DNA from: Leucoraja erinacea
Taxonomy: Eukaryota
Assembly: GCF_028641065.1 (NCBI RefSeq)
Contig: NC_073412.1
Coordinates: 5,394,001 to 5,458,000, forward strand
Length of the DNA stretch: 64,000 nt
Direction: 5' to 3'
Every line of letters starts with the position of its first letter. Position 1 is the first letter of the stretch. The notes beneath the pieces were generated by a model. That model saw only the letters and a list, made by a program, of their open reading frames with translations, was not told where the DNA came from and did no database searches. The position numbers were made by a program, and so were the translations under genes. Shown here one piece after another: positions 51,661 through 63,454 of this stretch.

Positions 51661-52143
51661 CTGATTCCTGGGATGTCAGGACTGTCTTATGAAGAAAGAC
51701 TGGATAGACTTGGTTTATACTCTCTAGAATTTAGGAGATTGAGAGGGGATCTTATAGAAACTTACAAAATTCTTAAGGGGTTGGACAGGCTAGATGCAGG
51801 AAGATTGTTCCCGATGTTGGGGAAGTCCAGGACAAGGGGTCACAGCTTAAGGATAAGGGGGAAATCATTTAAAACCGAGATGAGAAGAACTTTTTTCACA
51901 CAGAGAGTGGTGAATCTCTGGAACTCTCTGCCACAGAGGGTAGTTGAGGCCAGTTCATTGGCTATATTTAAGAGGGAGTTAGATGTGGCCCTTGTGGCTA
52001 AGGGGATCAGGGGGTATGGAGAGAAGGCAGGTACAGGATACTGAGTTGGATGATCAGCCATGATCATATTGAATGGCGGTGCAGGCTCGAAGGGCCGAAT
52101 GGCCTACTCCTGCACCTAATTTCTATGTTTCTATGTTTCTATG
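51661..52143 (+). mobile_element. CR1-type LINE, 5'-truncated, apparently young
   Basis: Uninterrupted ORF2 C-terminus at 51673-52044 and a (TTTCTATG)3 tail. Confidence 0.93.
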
Positions 52144-53384
52144 TCTGACCAACCCCTTCCCATCAGTATGACAGCTCAGAAATTATGAAAAAATGATTTA
52201 ATTCACTGTAAATCGGTGCCCTTCAGTCATTATTTTCCAGCAGTCGGTAACCACAACCTACCCAATTCAGCAGATGTGGACACAAAATAGTGACGTAACT
52301 CAGCAGGTGCTTCTTCAAGGCCCAGAAAAGAAACGTCACTCATCCTTTTTCTCCAGAGATGCTGCCTGACTCGCTGACTTACTCCAGCACTTTGTGTCTA
52401 TCTTTGATACAAACCCTCATCTGCAGTTCTTTGTTTCTGCGCATTCCAGCAAATAGTTTTGATAAGTGATTGTTAGGAGATGCAGGATTTAAATGGGTAC
52501 TGCATGGAACCTCCATATTAGAAACATTTTCAATATTTAAATATAATATTCGAAAATTTATGGTCATTATCTGTCAGCAGCCCATTCACAAAAAAAAATA
52601 TATATATATATACACAGTTAATAATGAGACATTTTATGCAGTGTGTACAGAGAGGTTATGATGTATATAGTTATGTTAATGCTTTTCTTTGTATCTGTAA
52701 ATTATCAAAATTATTAATATGTATATGTAGACTATTTCCAAATATGTAGGAAGGAACGCCGGGTGCTGGTTTGCACCAAAGATAGACACAACAGTGCTGG
52801 CTCGAAGGGCCGAATGGCCTCCTCCTGCACCTATTTTCTATATTTTCTATGTAAAATGCTGGAGTAACTCAGCGGGGCAGCATCCCTGGAGAGAAGGAAT
52901 GGGTAACGTTTTGGGTCTGGTCTGAAGAAGGGTCTCGACCAGAAGCATTACCCATTCATTCTCTCCAGAGATGCTGCCTGTCCCGCTGAGTTACACCAGC
53001 ATTTTGTGTCTATCTTCAGTAATTCCAAATATATTTGGAATGTGTCTTCATAGAGAACATAGCAAGCACAGTGGAGGAACAGGCCCTTCTGTCCACAATG
53101 TTAGTGCAAAACATGATGCCAAGATAATCTAATCTTCTCTGTGTATATAAGATCCATATCCCTTCATTCCTTGCTCTACGATCAGACAGAAAGCTTTAAA
53201 ACATCTTCAGATGAAAGTTCAGAGAGAAGTGCAACAAATCCCAATCATAGCATCTAACAATGTAGGTGGGGCTGCATTTAGTGTCAGGTCAACTTCATGG
53301 GCTTGCAAATGGCCTTTCCCATGGCCATACCATGTTCTTGTTCACCATCGGCATCAAGAATTCTATCATTCTTCCCCACAATTC

Positions 53385-53912
53385 GGGTGGCACGGTGGCG
53401 CAGCGGTAGAGTTGCTGCCTTATGCCCCTGTCTGTCCCACTTAGGAAACCTGAACGGAAACCTCTGGAGACTTTGCGCCCCACCCAAGGTTTCCGTGCGG
53501 TTCCCGGAGGTTGCAGGTGGTTGCCGGAGGTTGCAGGTAGTGGAAGCAGGGAGGGAGACTGACAAAAACCTCCGGGAACCGCACGGAAACCTTGGGTGGG
53601 GCACAAAGTCTCCAGAGTTTCCTAAGTGGGACAGGGGCATGATGTTGCCAGAGACCTGGGTTCGATCCTGACGACGGGTGTTTGTCGGTATTGAGTTTGT
53701 ACGTTCTCCCTGTGACCTGCGTGGGTTTTCTCCAAGATCTCTGGTTTCCTCCCACACTCCAAAAACGTACAGGTTTGTAGGTTCATTAGCTTGGTATAAT
53801 TGTAAATTGTCCCCAGTGTGTGTGTGGGATAGTGTTTGTGTGCGGTGATCGGTGGTCAGCATGGACTCGGTGGGCTGAAGGGCCTGTTTCCTCACTGTAT
53901 CTAAACTAGACT
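53385..53912 (+). mobile_element. tRNA-derived SINE interrupted by a palindromic MITE (53422-53640)
   Basis: The SINE head ggcacggtggcgcagcggtagagttgctgcc resumes at gccagagacctgggttcgatcc after the TIR-bounded insert. Confidence 0.85.
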
Positions 53913-54029
53913 TAACAACACTCCATTGAAAACAGTCAACCACTGGGGTTGACTTGGGATCATTTGTGGGAGACAAACATCGCTCTCAGCAAAATATCCC
54001 AACATCCACATTGGAAAAGCATCCTCGAG

Positions 54030-57000
54030 TTAGACAATGGACAATAGACAATAGGTGCAGGAGTAGGCCATTCGGCCCTTCGAGCCAGCACTGCCATTCA
54101 ATGTGATCATGGCTGATCATCCCCAATCAGTACCCCGTTCCTGCCTTCTCCCCTGACTCCGCTATTTTTAAGAGCCCTATCTAGCTCTCTCTTGAAAGCA
54201 TCCAGAGAACCCGCCTCCACCGCCCTCTGAGGCAGTGAATTCCACAGACTCACCACTCTCTGTGAGAAAAAATTTTCCCCGTAGAGTTAGATAGAGCTCT
54301 AAGGGCTAGTGGAGTCAAGGGATCTGGGTAGAAGGCAGGAACGGGGTACTGATTGGGGACGATCAGCCATGATCACAATGAATGGTGGTGCTGGCTCGAA
54401 GGGCCGAATGGCCTCCTCCTGCACCTATTTTCTATGTTTCATGGGTTCTATGTTTCCTCGTCTCCGTTCTAAATGTCGTACTCCTTATTCTTAAACCGTG
54501 TGGCCCCTGGTCCTGGGCTCCCCCAACATCGGCAACATGTTTCCAGTTCCCACTGATTAACGGATGGGAGATAGAAGTACCTTCAGGACTCAGATGCTGA
54601 TCTGTGAGGTTTCAGCAATAGTGCTGCAAGGCAGAGATGCAGGGGTTACGTACAGATGCCAAGAATGAATGTTTAACAGCCTCCATCCTCACTGTCTGCA
54701 GCAAATTCTTGGCATCTCGTGGCAGGGAAAGCTTCCAACTTAATAGACCTCTCCGAAACAAAAACTGTAAATCATCCCAACATTAATAAAGGAAAATAAA
54801 TTGAGTTATGCTGCACAGGATGAAAGATGACCTCATTCCCAACTCCGCAGAGGGTCATGCCCCAAGTCGGAAGACCACTTGGTTGTCCAAACCTCCAACT
54901 TACCAAAAGAGATACGAAAGCCCTCAATGTCGATTCAAAGTTAGACACCGCAGTTGATGAGGGAATGAATGGTGACATTAGAAACATAGACATAGAAACA
55001 TAGAAACATAGGTGCAGGAGTTCATTGGCTATATTTAAGAGGGAGTTAGATGTGGCCCTTGTGGCTAAAGGGTTCAGGGGGTATGGAGAGAAGGCAGGGA
55101 TGGGATACTGAGTTGGATGATCAGCCATGATCATATTGAATGGCGGTGCAGGCTCGAAGGGCCGAATGGCCTACTCCTGCACCTATGTTTCTATGTTAGG
55201 TAATCAAAAGTGCTGGAGAAACTCAGCGGGTGCAGCAGCATCTATGGAGCGAAGGAAATAGGCAACGTTTCAGGGCCGAAATCCAAAGAAAATAGGTAAC
55301 GTTTCGGGTCGAAACCCGAAGGGTTTCGGGACGAAACGTTGCCTATTTCCTTCGCTCCATAGATGCTGCTGCACCCGCTGAGTTTCTCCAGCACTTTTGT
55401 TTACCTAACATAGATTCGGCCCTTCGAGCCTGCACCGTCATTCGATATGACTGATCATCCATCTCAGTATCCCATCCCTGCCTTCTCTCCATACCCCCTG
55501 ATCCCTTTAGCCACAAGGGCCACATCTAACTCCCTCTTAAATATAGCCAATGAACTGTGGCCTCAACTAACTTCTGTGATAGAGAATTCCACAGATTCAC
55601 CACTCTCTGTGTACAAAATTATTTTCTCATCTCGGTCCCTCTTATCCTTAAACTGTGACTGTGACTTAAACATTGACTGAGGTTGGGATAAGCGAGCAAG
55701 ATCAATGCTTCTAATGGCTCCATAGCACAAACCGGTATCACAGGCATGGCTGTAGATGGATAAATCACCCAATATAATTCGCCAAAGACACCTTTAGTTG
55801 GGGCATGTGGTCGACCCCGCAAAAGGCGAAGAAGTGGCTTATTTATTCGTCGATTGGAATTGAATGCATGAAGCAATTTGAAGAAATGTTTAAGAAGGAA
55901 CTGCAGATGCTGGAAAATCGAAGGTAGACAAAAATGCTGGAGAAACTCAGCGGGTGCAGCAGCATCTATGGAACGAAGGAAATAGGTAACGTTTCGGTCC
56001 GAAACCCTTCGGGTTTCGAACCGAAACGTTGCCTATTTCCTTTGGGTTTTGGCCCGAAACGTAGCCTATTTCCTTCGCTCCATAGATGCTGCTGCACCCG
56101 CTGAGTTTCTCCAGCACTTTTGTCTACCTAATATAGAAACATAGACAATAGGTGCAGGAGTAGAGGCCATTCGGCCCTTCGAGCCTGCACCATTCGCCAT
56201 TCAATATGATCATGGCTGATCATCCAACTCAGTATCCTGCACCTGCCTTCTCTCCATACCCCCTGATCCCTTTAGCCACAAGGGCCACATCTAACTCCCT
56301 CATAAATATATCCCCCCCCCCCCCCCACATCAGTCTGAAAAAGTGTTTTGGCCCGAAACGTTGCCTATTTCCTTCACTCCATAGATGCTTTCACATGAAG
56401 AAAGACTGGATAGACTCGGCTTGTACTCGCTAGAATTTAGAAGATTGAAGGGGGATCTTATAGAAACTTACAAAATTCTTAAGCAGTTGGACAGGCTAGA
56501 TGCAGGAAGATTGTTCCCGATGTTGGGGAAGTCCAGAACAAGGGGTCACAGTTTAAGGATAAGGGGGGAATCCTTTAGGACCGAGATGAGAAAAACATTT
56601 TTTACACACAGAGAGTGGTGAATCTGTGGAATTCTCTGCCGCAGAAGGTAGTTGAGGCCACAGTTCATTGGCTATATTTAAGAGGGAGTTAGATGTGGCT
56701 AAAGGGATCAGGGGGTATGGAGAGAAGGCAGGTACAGGATACTGAGTTGGATGATCATATTGAATGGCGGTGCAGGCTCGAATGGCCGAATGGCCTACTC
56801 CTGCACCTATTTTCTATGTTTCTATGCTGCTGCACCCGCTGAGTTTCTCCAGCACTTTTGTCTACCTACCATTTGAAGAAAGCCTAACATCCATCCACTC
56901 CAGGAGATGGAGGGGTATAGAAACATAGAAACATAGAAATTGAGGTGCAGGAGTAGGCCATTCGGCCCTTCGAGCCTGCACCAGCCATTCAATATGATCA

Positions 57001-57150
57001 TGGCTGATCATCCAACTCAGTATCCTGTACCTGCCTTGCTCTCCATACCCCCTGATCCCTTTAGCCACAAGGGCCACATCTAACTCCCTCTTAAATATAG
57101 CCAATGAACTGGCCTCAACTACCCTCTGTGGCAGAGAGTTCCAGAGTATC
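54030..57150. mobile_element. Dense nested cluster of CR1 3' ends (both strands), Penelope fold-backs and an old RTE-like fragment (about 54620-54930)
   Basis: Repeated CR1 UTR and tails, and fold-backs at ~55205-55405 and ~55887-56128. FNSLHPHCLQQILGISWQ resembles the RTE ORF C-terminus. Confidence 0.8.
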
Positions 57151-57184
57151 AACTAACCCATCAACTGATCAGCACAGATTAGGT

Positions 57185-57505
57185 GTTTAGTTTAGTTTAG
57201 GGATACAGCGTGGAAACAGGCCCTTCGGCCCATCGTGTCCATGCCGACCATCCATCACCCGTTCACTCTCGTTCTACTTTCCTCATCCACTCCCCTGCAC
57301 ACTAGGGGTAATTTACAGAGGTCCAAGTAACCTGCAAACCCAGCAGGACTTCGTGATGTGGGAGGAAACCGGAGCACCTGGAGAAAACCCAAGAGGTCAC
57401 TCCCAGGGAGAACGTGCAAACTCCCCACAGGCACAGCACCCGAGGTCAGGATTGAACCTGAGTCTCTGGAGCTGTGAGACAGCATCTCTGCCAGCTGCAC
57501 CACTG
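57185..57505 (-). mobile_element. tRNA-derived SINE (HE1-like)
   Basis: Same family as 36275-36610; another copy at ~59660-59960. Confidence 0.8.
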
Positions 57506-60202
57506 TCAGATGCAATATAAATTGTATATATTTCTGCATACATATATTTATATACAGGATACACTGACAACATTCCTCCACAATAGTGTAACTGGCAATA
57601 TATATCTGTAGTATGAAGAATGTGCAGTATATATATGTACGTTGTATAAACTTGTGAGCCGTATCCCCCAGTACAATAATATTTCTGAATGGTGTGTGGT
57701 TGTAAACATGTAGCAGCATTTATAATCTCTGTGTCATGTCAGTAAAACCTCCTAAAGTCAAGGCATTGCTTCCAGCATTGTTGTTTTAAGGAAGTGTTTT
57801 GGTTGCCTTGGGCATTCGCCAAGACACTGAATGCAGATGCTGGTTTAAATCGAAGGTCGACACAAAATGCTGGAGTAACTCAGCGGGACAGGCAGCGTCT
57901 CTGGAGAGAAGGAATGGGTCGTGACGTCATTGAATCTGAAGAAGGGCCTCGACCCGAAACATCACCCATTCCTTCTCTCCAGAGATGCTGCCTGGCCCGC
58001 TGAGTTACTCCAGCTTTTTGTGTCTACACAGGATGAAGTCCTATGTTCTTTTAGGGTGATGGGAAGTGCCTCAGAATAGGAACTCACCTACAATTTTCTG
58101 GTTCGGTACTTCCTCAGCACCGCATTATGTATCAAAATGAACAATAGGTTGAATTCTGGAGCAACAGGGAGACTCACATGAAACGGAAAGCGGATAGAGA
58201 TGTCGGGGCAAGTTCGTGCAGATTTTGCTGAGATACGCAGCTTCTGACAATCTTTACTGTCAACCCTTGTGTTACATTAGAGCCAGTACCGGACATTAAC
58301 CCTGAGAGAAATCACAGATCAAGCAACAAAGATTGAGTTACGGAATAGATATTTGCTCTTACAGAATTTCCATGGGGCGAAAAAGAAAAAACGAAAAATG
58401 CAAAAGGAATAACAATTGTCTCAATTTTGGTTCAAGGGATTGTGTGATGGAAAATCACGATGCAGGCTCTATCCCCCAGGGGCGCAACGCTTCCGTGACA
58501 TGTGGGTGTAGAATTAGAGAGTTACATGGCAGGGAAACAGGCCCTTCGGCCCAACCCGGCCATGCCGACCAAGATGCCCATCTAAGCTAAAGTCCCATTT
58601 GCCTGCGATTGGCCCATCGCTCTAAACCTTTCCTGTCCATACATCTGTCCATGTACCTGCCTCAACTACAGTACTTCCTCTGGCAGCTTGTTCTATATAC
58701 CCATATCTCTTGTAGAAACGTACAAACTCTTATAGAAACGTACAAAATTCTTAAGGGGTTGGACAGGCTAGATGCAGGAAGATTGTTCCCGATGTTGGGG
58801 GAAGTCCAGAACTAGGGGTCACACAGTTTAAGGATCGTCCAATTGGCCTTCAAACTTGTATGTCTTTGGAGTGAGGGAGGAAACTGGAGGGGTCGGAGAA
58901 AACCCACGCAGGTCACGGGGAGAATGTACAAACCTCGTACAGACAGCGCCCGTTAGTCAGGAACGAATCTGGGTCCCTGGTGCTTTAAGGCAGCAACTCT
59001 ACTGCTGCACCACTGTGCTGCCAATGTATATCAAAGGTGTGATGACATACAACTAGTGTGTACAGGTGATCGATGGGCAACATGGCCTGTTTCCATGCTG
59101 TATCTCAAAAACAAACGAAACCTTTTTTTTAGTTTCTTTCCTACCTGTCACATTTATCTTTATATCAAAAAAAACCCAATTTTTCACTCACTCTGCCTGG
59201 TTTGACATTGAATTCATTCCTCTCTGGGGCTGAGTCGTCCCAACTCCTCGAGTTCCACATGTTCTGTGGGGAGAGCGCTGGGCTTTGTTTTTCGAGTGAG
59301 CTGAGAGGAACCATTCTGTCGATAGCAAGTGTAATGAATAGTGTGTAAAACATGTACATTGTTTACAGTCCAATATCAATCACATCACATAATGGAAGAT
59401 ATTGGTAAGAGTTGAATGAGCTTAGACTGTGCCTTTCTCCATTTACAATGGACAATGGACAATAGATGCAGGAGTAGGCCATTCGGCCCTTCGAGCCAGC
59501 ACCGCCATTCAATGAGATCATCCGCAATCTGTACCCCGTTCCTGCCTTCTCCCCATATCCCCTGACCACTATTTTTAAGAGCCCTATCTAGCTCTCTCTT
59601 GAAAGCATCCAGAGAACCGGCCTCCACCAGGCAGAGAATTCCACACACATTTAGGACGTTTAGTTTGTAGAGATGCAGCATGGAAACAGGCCTTTTGGCC
59701 CACGGATTTCACACCGACCATTAATCACCCATTCACGATAGTTTTCCCTTATCCCACTTTTTCATCCACTCCCCTACACATGCGGGGAATATTCACAGTG
59801 GCCAGTTAAGCTACAAACCCGCACGGCTTTAAGATGTGGGGGGAAACTGGAGAACCCGGAGACAATGCAAGTGGCCACAGGGAGAACGTGGAAACACCAC
59901 ACACGGACAGCGCCCGATGTCAGGATCGAACCCGGGTCTCTGGCGCTGTGAGGCAGCAGCTCTGGGTGGGGTTTAGATGGAGGCTTTCTTCATTATAACA
60001 GAGTGTGTCTTTCCCCCAACATCCTCGCCCCAGATTCTCCCTTTAGTCTTTGAGAAGTGAAGCAGTCAGAATATAGACAATAAAAATATCTAAACGTGGC
60101 CACGAGGAGAAGACAAATCTAGTTGTGGATAGGGGGGGAATCGGGGCAAGAGGCTTCACCTCAAGGAGACACAGTCTCGGGTGACAGCTACTGCACATGC
60201 CT

Positions 60203-60520
60203 TAGGACAAGGGGTCACAGCTTAAGGATAAGGGGGAAATCCTTTAAAACCGAGATGAGAAGAACTTTTTTCACACAGAGAGTGGTGAATCTCTGGAACT
60301 CTCTGCCACAGAGGGTAGTTGAGGCCAGTTCATTGGCTATATTTAAGAGGGAGTTAGATGTGGCCCTTGTGGCTAAGGGGATCAGGGGGTATGGAGAGAA
60401 GGCAGGTACGGGATACTGAGTTGGATGATCAGCCATGATCATATTGAATGGCGGTGCAGGCTCGAAGGGCCGAATGGCCTACTCCTGCACCTAATTTCTA
60501 TGTTTCTATGTTTCTATGTC
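60203..60520 (+). mobile_element. CR1-type LINE 3' end
   Basis: Nearly identical to 51830-52143. Confidence 0.9.
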
Positions 60521-61104
60521 TATGCCTTGAGTTTGGGGATTTGCCACTAGATATTTAATTAAGGATCCAGCACCAAAGCCTATTAACTATTTATCCGTTC
60601 TTAGACATGGCTTTCTTTATGCTTAACATTGAAGGATGCAGGCGATTAAAATCAACTTTAAATAATACATTTAGTGGCTTAGCTAATGCGTCGTTCTTGA
60701 GTATTTCCCCTCCCCTCTGTGAGTGAGTATTTGGTTTATTTAATCGAGAGGCTGCAATTGACTTTGAACATGTAACAGATGATGCAGGCATGTTAGCAGT
60801 GTTTATTGTGTTCACTCCAGGTGTGCCTGTAGGTTTACTATCTGACTTAAAACGTGTTAAGTATATAATTTGTGAGTCCAAATGACTCTCGTAAAACAAG
60901 GGGAAGTGATCAGTTAACAGGGGCTTTAATATTCCATGGCTGCTTCTTTGTTCAATTACCTGTGAACACTCTGGATTTTAACAGCGCCTGCACGCTTTTT
61001 ATGATACACAAGCCACATGCTCCAAGAATACCAGGGTGATCTTATAGAGAGAGGAGTGTGTATAAGATCGAGACGGGAATAGATAGGGTGAATGCACAGT
61101 TTTA

Positions 61105-61350
61105 TGTTTAAGAAGGAACTGCAGATGCTGGAAAAATCGAAGGTTGACAAAAATGCTGGAGAAACTCAGCGGGTGAGGCAGCATCTATGGAGCGGAGGAA
61201 ATAGGCAACGTTTCGGGTCGAACCCCAAAGGAAATAGGCAACGTTTCGGGTCGAAACCCAAAGGGTTTCGACCCGAAACGTTGCCTATTTCCTTCGCTCC
61301 ATAGATGCTGCTGCACCCGCTGAGTTTCTCCAGCATTTTTGTCTACCTAC
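61105..61350. mobile_element. Penelope-derived fold-back insert, three-armed centre
   Basis: Inverted arms with a repeated ggcaacgtttcgggtcgaa centre. Confidence 0.85.
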
Positions 61351-62009
61351 TATAACAACATGGATAGAACAGGGAATATGTAGGAAGGAACTCCAGATGC
61401 CTGTTTACACTGAAGACAGACACAAAGTGCTGGAGTAACTCAGCGGGACAGGCAGCATCTCTGGAGGGAAGGAATGGGTGACGTTTCGGGTCTAGTGATA
61501 GACTAGAAAATAGGTGCAGGAATAGGCCATTCGGCCCTTCGAGCCTGCACCCGTCATTCAATATGATCATCCAACTCAGTACCCCACCCCTGCCTTCTCT
61601 CTCCATGCCCCCTGATCCCTTTATCCACAAGGGCCACACCTCAGATTCAGATTCAGATTCAATTTTAATTGTCATTGTCAGTGTACAGTACAGAGACAAC
61701 GAAATGCATCACCTAAACTTGACTTGACTAACTCCCTCTTAAATATAGCCAATGAACTGTGGCCTCGACTACATTCTGTGGCAGAAAATTCCACAGATTC
61801 ACCACTCTCTGTGTGGAAAAAATGATTTTCTCATCTCGGTCCTAAAAGACTTCCTTCCCCATTATCCTTAAACTGTGATATGGGCCAGTGGGACACATTT
61901 GGAACTCGGACGTTTCTCTGCATAGATGCTGCTGCACCCGCTGAGTTTCTCCAGCTTTTTTTGTGTACCTTTGTTTCTCTGCCGCCTGACTCTTGCTGTT
62001 TCCCCGCAG

Positions 62010-62126
62010 GTATCTTTTTCGGAATCGGGTTCCTTGCCGAACTCGTCTGGAAGTGATGTGACCTCCCTGTCCTCGCAGTTACCGGACACCCCGAACAGCA
62101 TGGTGCCCAGCCCGGTGGATACGTGA
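62010..62126 (+). CDS. ISL2: ISL2 exon 6 coding part with stop codon
   Basis: Encodes [38 protein letters not shown] (ISL2-type C-terminus). A branch-point-like ctgac and a pyrimidine tract lie upstream. Confidence 0.97.
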   Translation, partial: VSFSESGSLPNSSGSDVTSLSSQLPDTPNSMVPSPVDT

Positions 62127-62619
62127 ACAAGAGCGAGTTGCCCCCGGGCCCGGACGCCGCATGTTCCCACATAAAACCCCGCATGAACAGAGCGAATCTC
62201 CGGGCAACAACAACGACCGCTCCCCCCCCCACCCCCGGGCTATGGGGGTTTGTTTTCTACACGCATCTCCCTCTCTGCAGGAGGAGAAGGTTCGCAAAGA
62301 CTGCCAAACACCAAGATTTAAAAAAAACCCGCACATGGATTTTTGTTCTTTTGAAAAAAAAAACTGCCATCGCTCAACTCACGAGTTGTAAATATTTTAC
62401 ATCGAAGCCAAAATTAGGTTTTTAGGACTCGAGACAACGGTGAAAAAAAAGAGGAGAGAGAGAAAGGGGGCATCGTCGGACGGGGCGAGAAGGGGAAATG
62501 GATGTTTTAATTGATGCACAAGGCTGTTGGGACTTAACTTCTCTCGACTCTGGCTGGAAAAAGTTTTGCTGCTCGTCGGAAGTTGTGAGAACGGGGTGTC
62601 TCTCACCGAGTTCCCCCAC

Positions 62620-62698
62620 TCCCCCCACACACACACACACACACACTCTCCACCCACCCCTTGAGTTTCAGCCCCTCTCTCACTCGGCGCCCATCCCT

Positions 62699-62729
<31 letters not shown>

Positions 62730-62965
62730 CAGAGAGAGACTCCCCCCCCCACACACTCTCCACCCAACCCTTGAGTTCCAACCCCTCTCTCACTCCACCC
62801 ATCCCTCGAGAGAGACAGAGAGGGAGACAGAGACAGAGAGAGACCCCCCCCCCCACACACACACACACACAACCCCTCTCCACCCAACCCTTGAGTTTCA
62901 GCCCCCCTTGAGTTCTCTCTCACTCCACCCATCCCTCGAGAGAGAGACAGAGAGGGAGAGAGACT
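62620..62965 (+). repeat. Three-copy tandem repeat with embedded CA/GA microsatellites in the ISL2 3' UTR
   Basis: ctctccaccca.cccttgagtt.ca.cccct...ccatccct.gagagaga repeated three times. Confidence 0.85.
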
Positions 62966-63202
62966 CCCCGCTCCTTATACATTCACCTTGTTTAAAACAG
63001 CATGACTGGAAACATATAAGAATATAATTGTCGATTCCCCTCCACCCATCCCCGGAAAATACTTGTTGTAAAATATATATGTACCCATGTCAACGGTGGT
63101 GAGACCACACACCCCCCACCCCCACACCCACCTTAACGGAGTAAATTATTGCTATTTATTGTAAGAACCGCGATTTAAACTGGGATTAAAATATTTGATC
63201 TT

Positions 63203-63208
63203 AATAAA
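63203..63208 (+). terminator. Candidate ISL2 polyadenylation signal AATAAA
   Basis: AATAAA about 1.1 kb after the stop, followed by a GT-rich stretch; repeats resume immediately afterwards. Confidence 0.65.
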
Positions 63209-63454
63209 GAAATTAATTGTCAACGGTGCTAGTTATGGGTTGTGTTAGAAGGTTGGAAAACCCCCCGCACGGTGCTGGAGTAACTCCGCAGGTTAGGCGG
63301 CGTCTCTGGAGAGAAGGAACGGGTGATGATTCGGGTTGAGACACCTTCTTCAGACTAGTACAGTGCCGGCACTGGTTTTTTTTTACAGCGGCTAGCGTTT
63401 ACTCAACCCGATTGAACCCCGACTGGTTCACGTGTGGGTAAGAAATGCAGATGC

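Noticed and set aside
61921-62009. Penelope-derived cryptic acceptor (ttctccag, 61954) extending ISL2 exon 6
   Set aside because: It lies 55 nt upstream of the true acceptor, so it is out of frame. The true site has a better branch point and pyrimidine tract.
42062-62126. Calling the LIM-homeobox gene ISL1
   Set aside because: The N-terminus MVDIIF, exon 5 [22 protein letters not shown]-terminus VSFSESGSL...VPSPVDT and ETFA adjacency all indicate ISL2.
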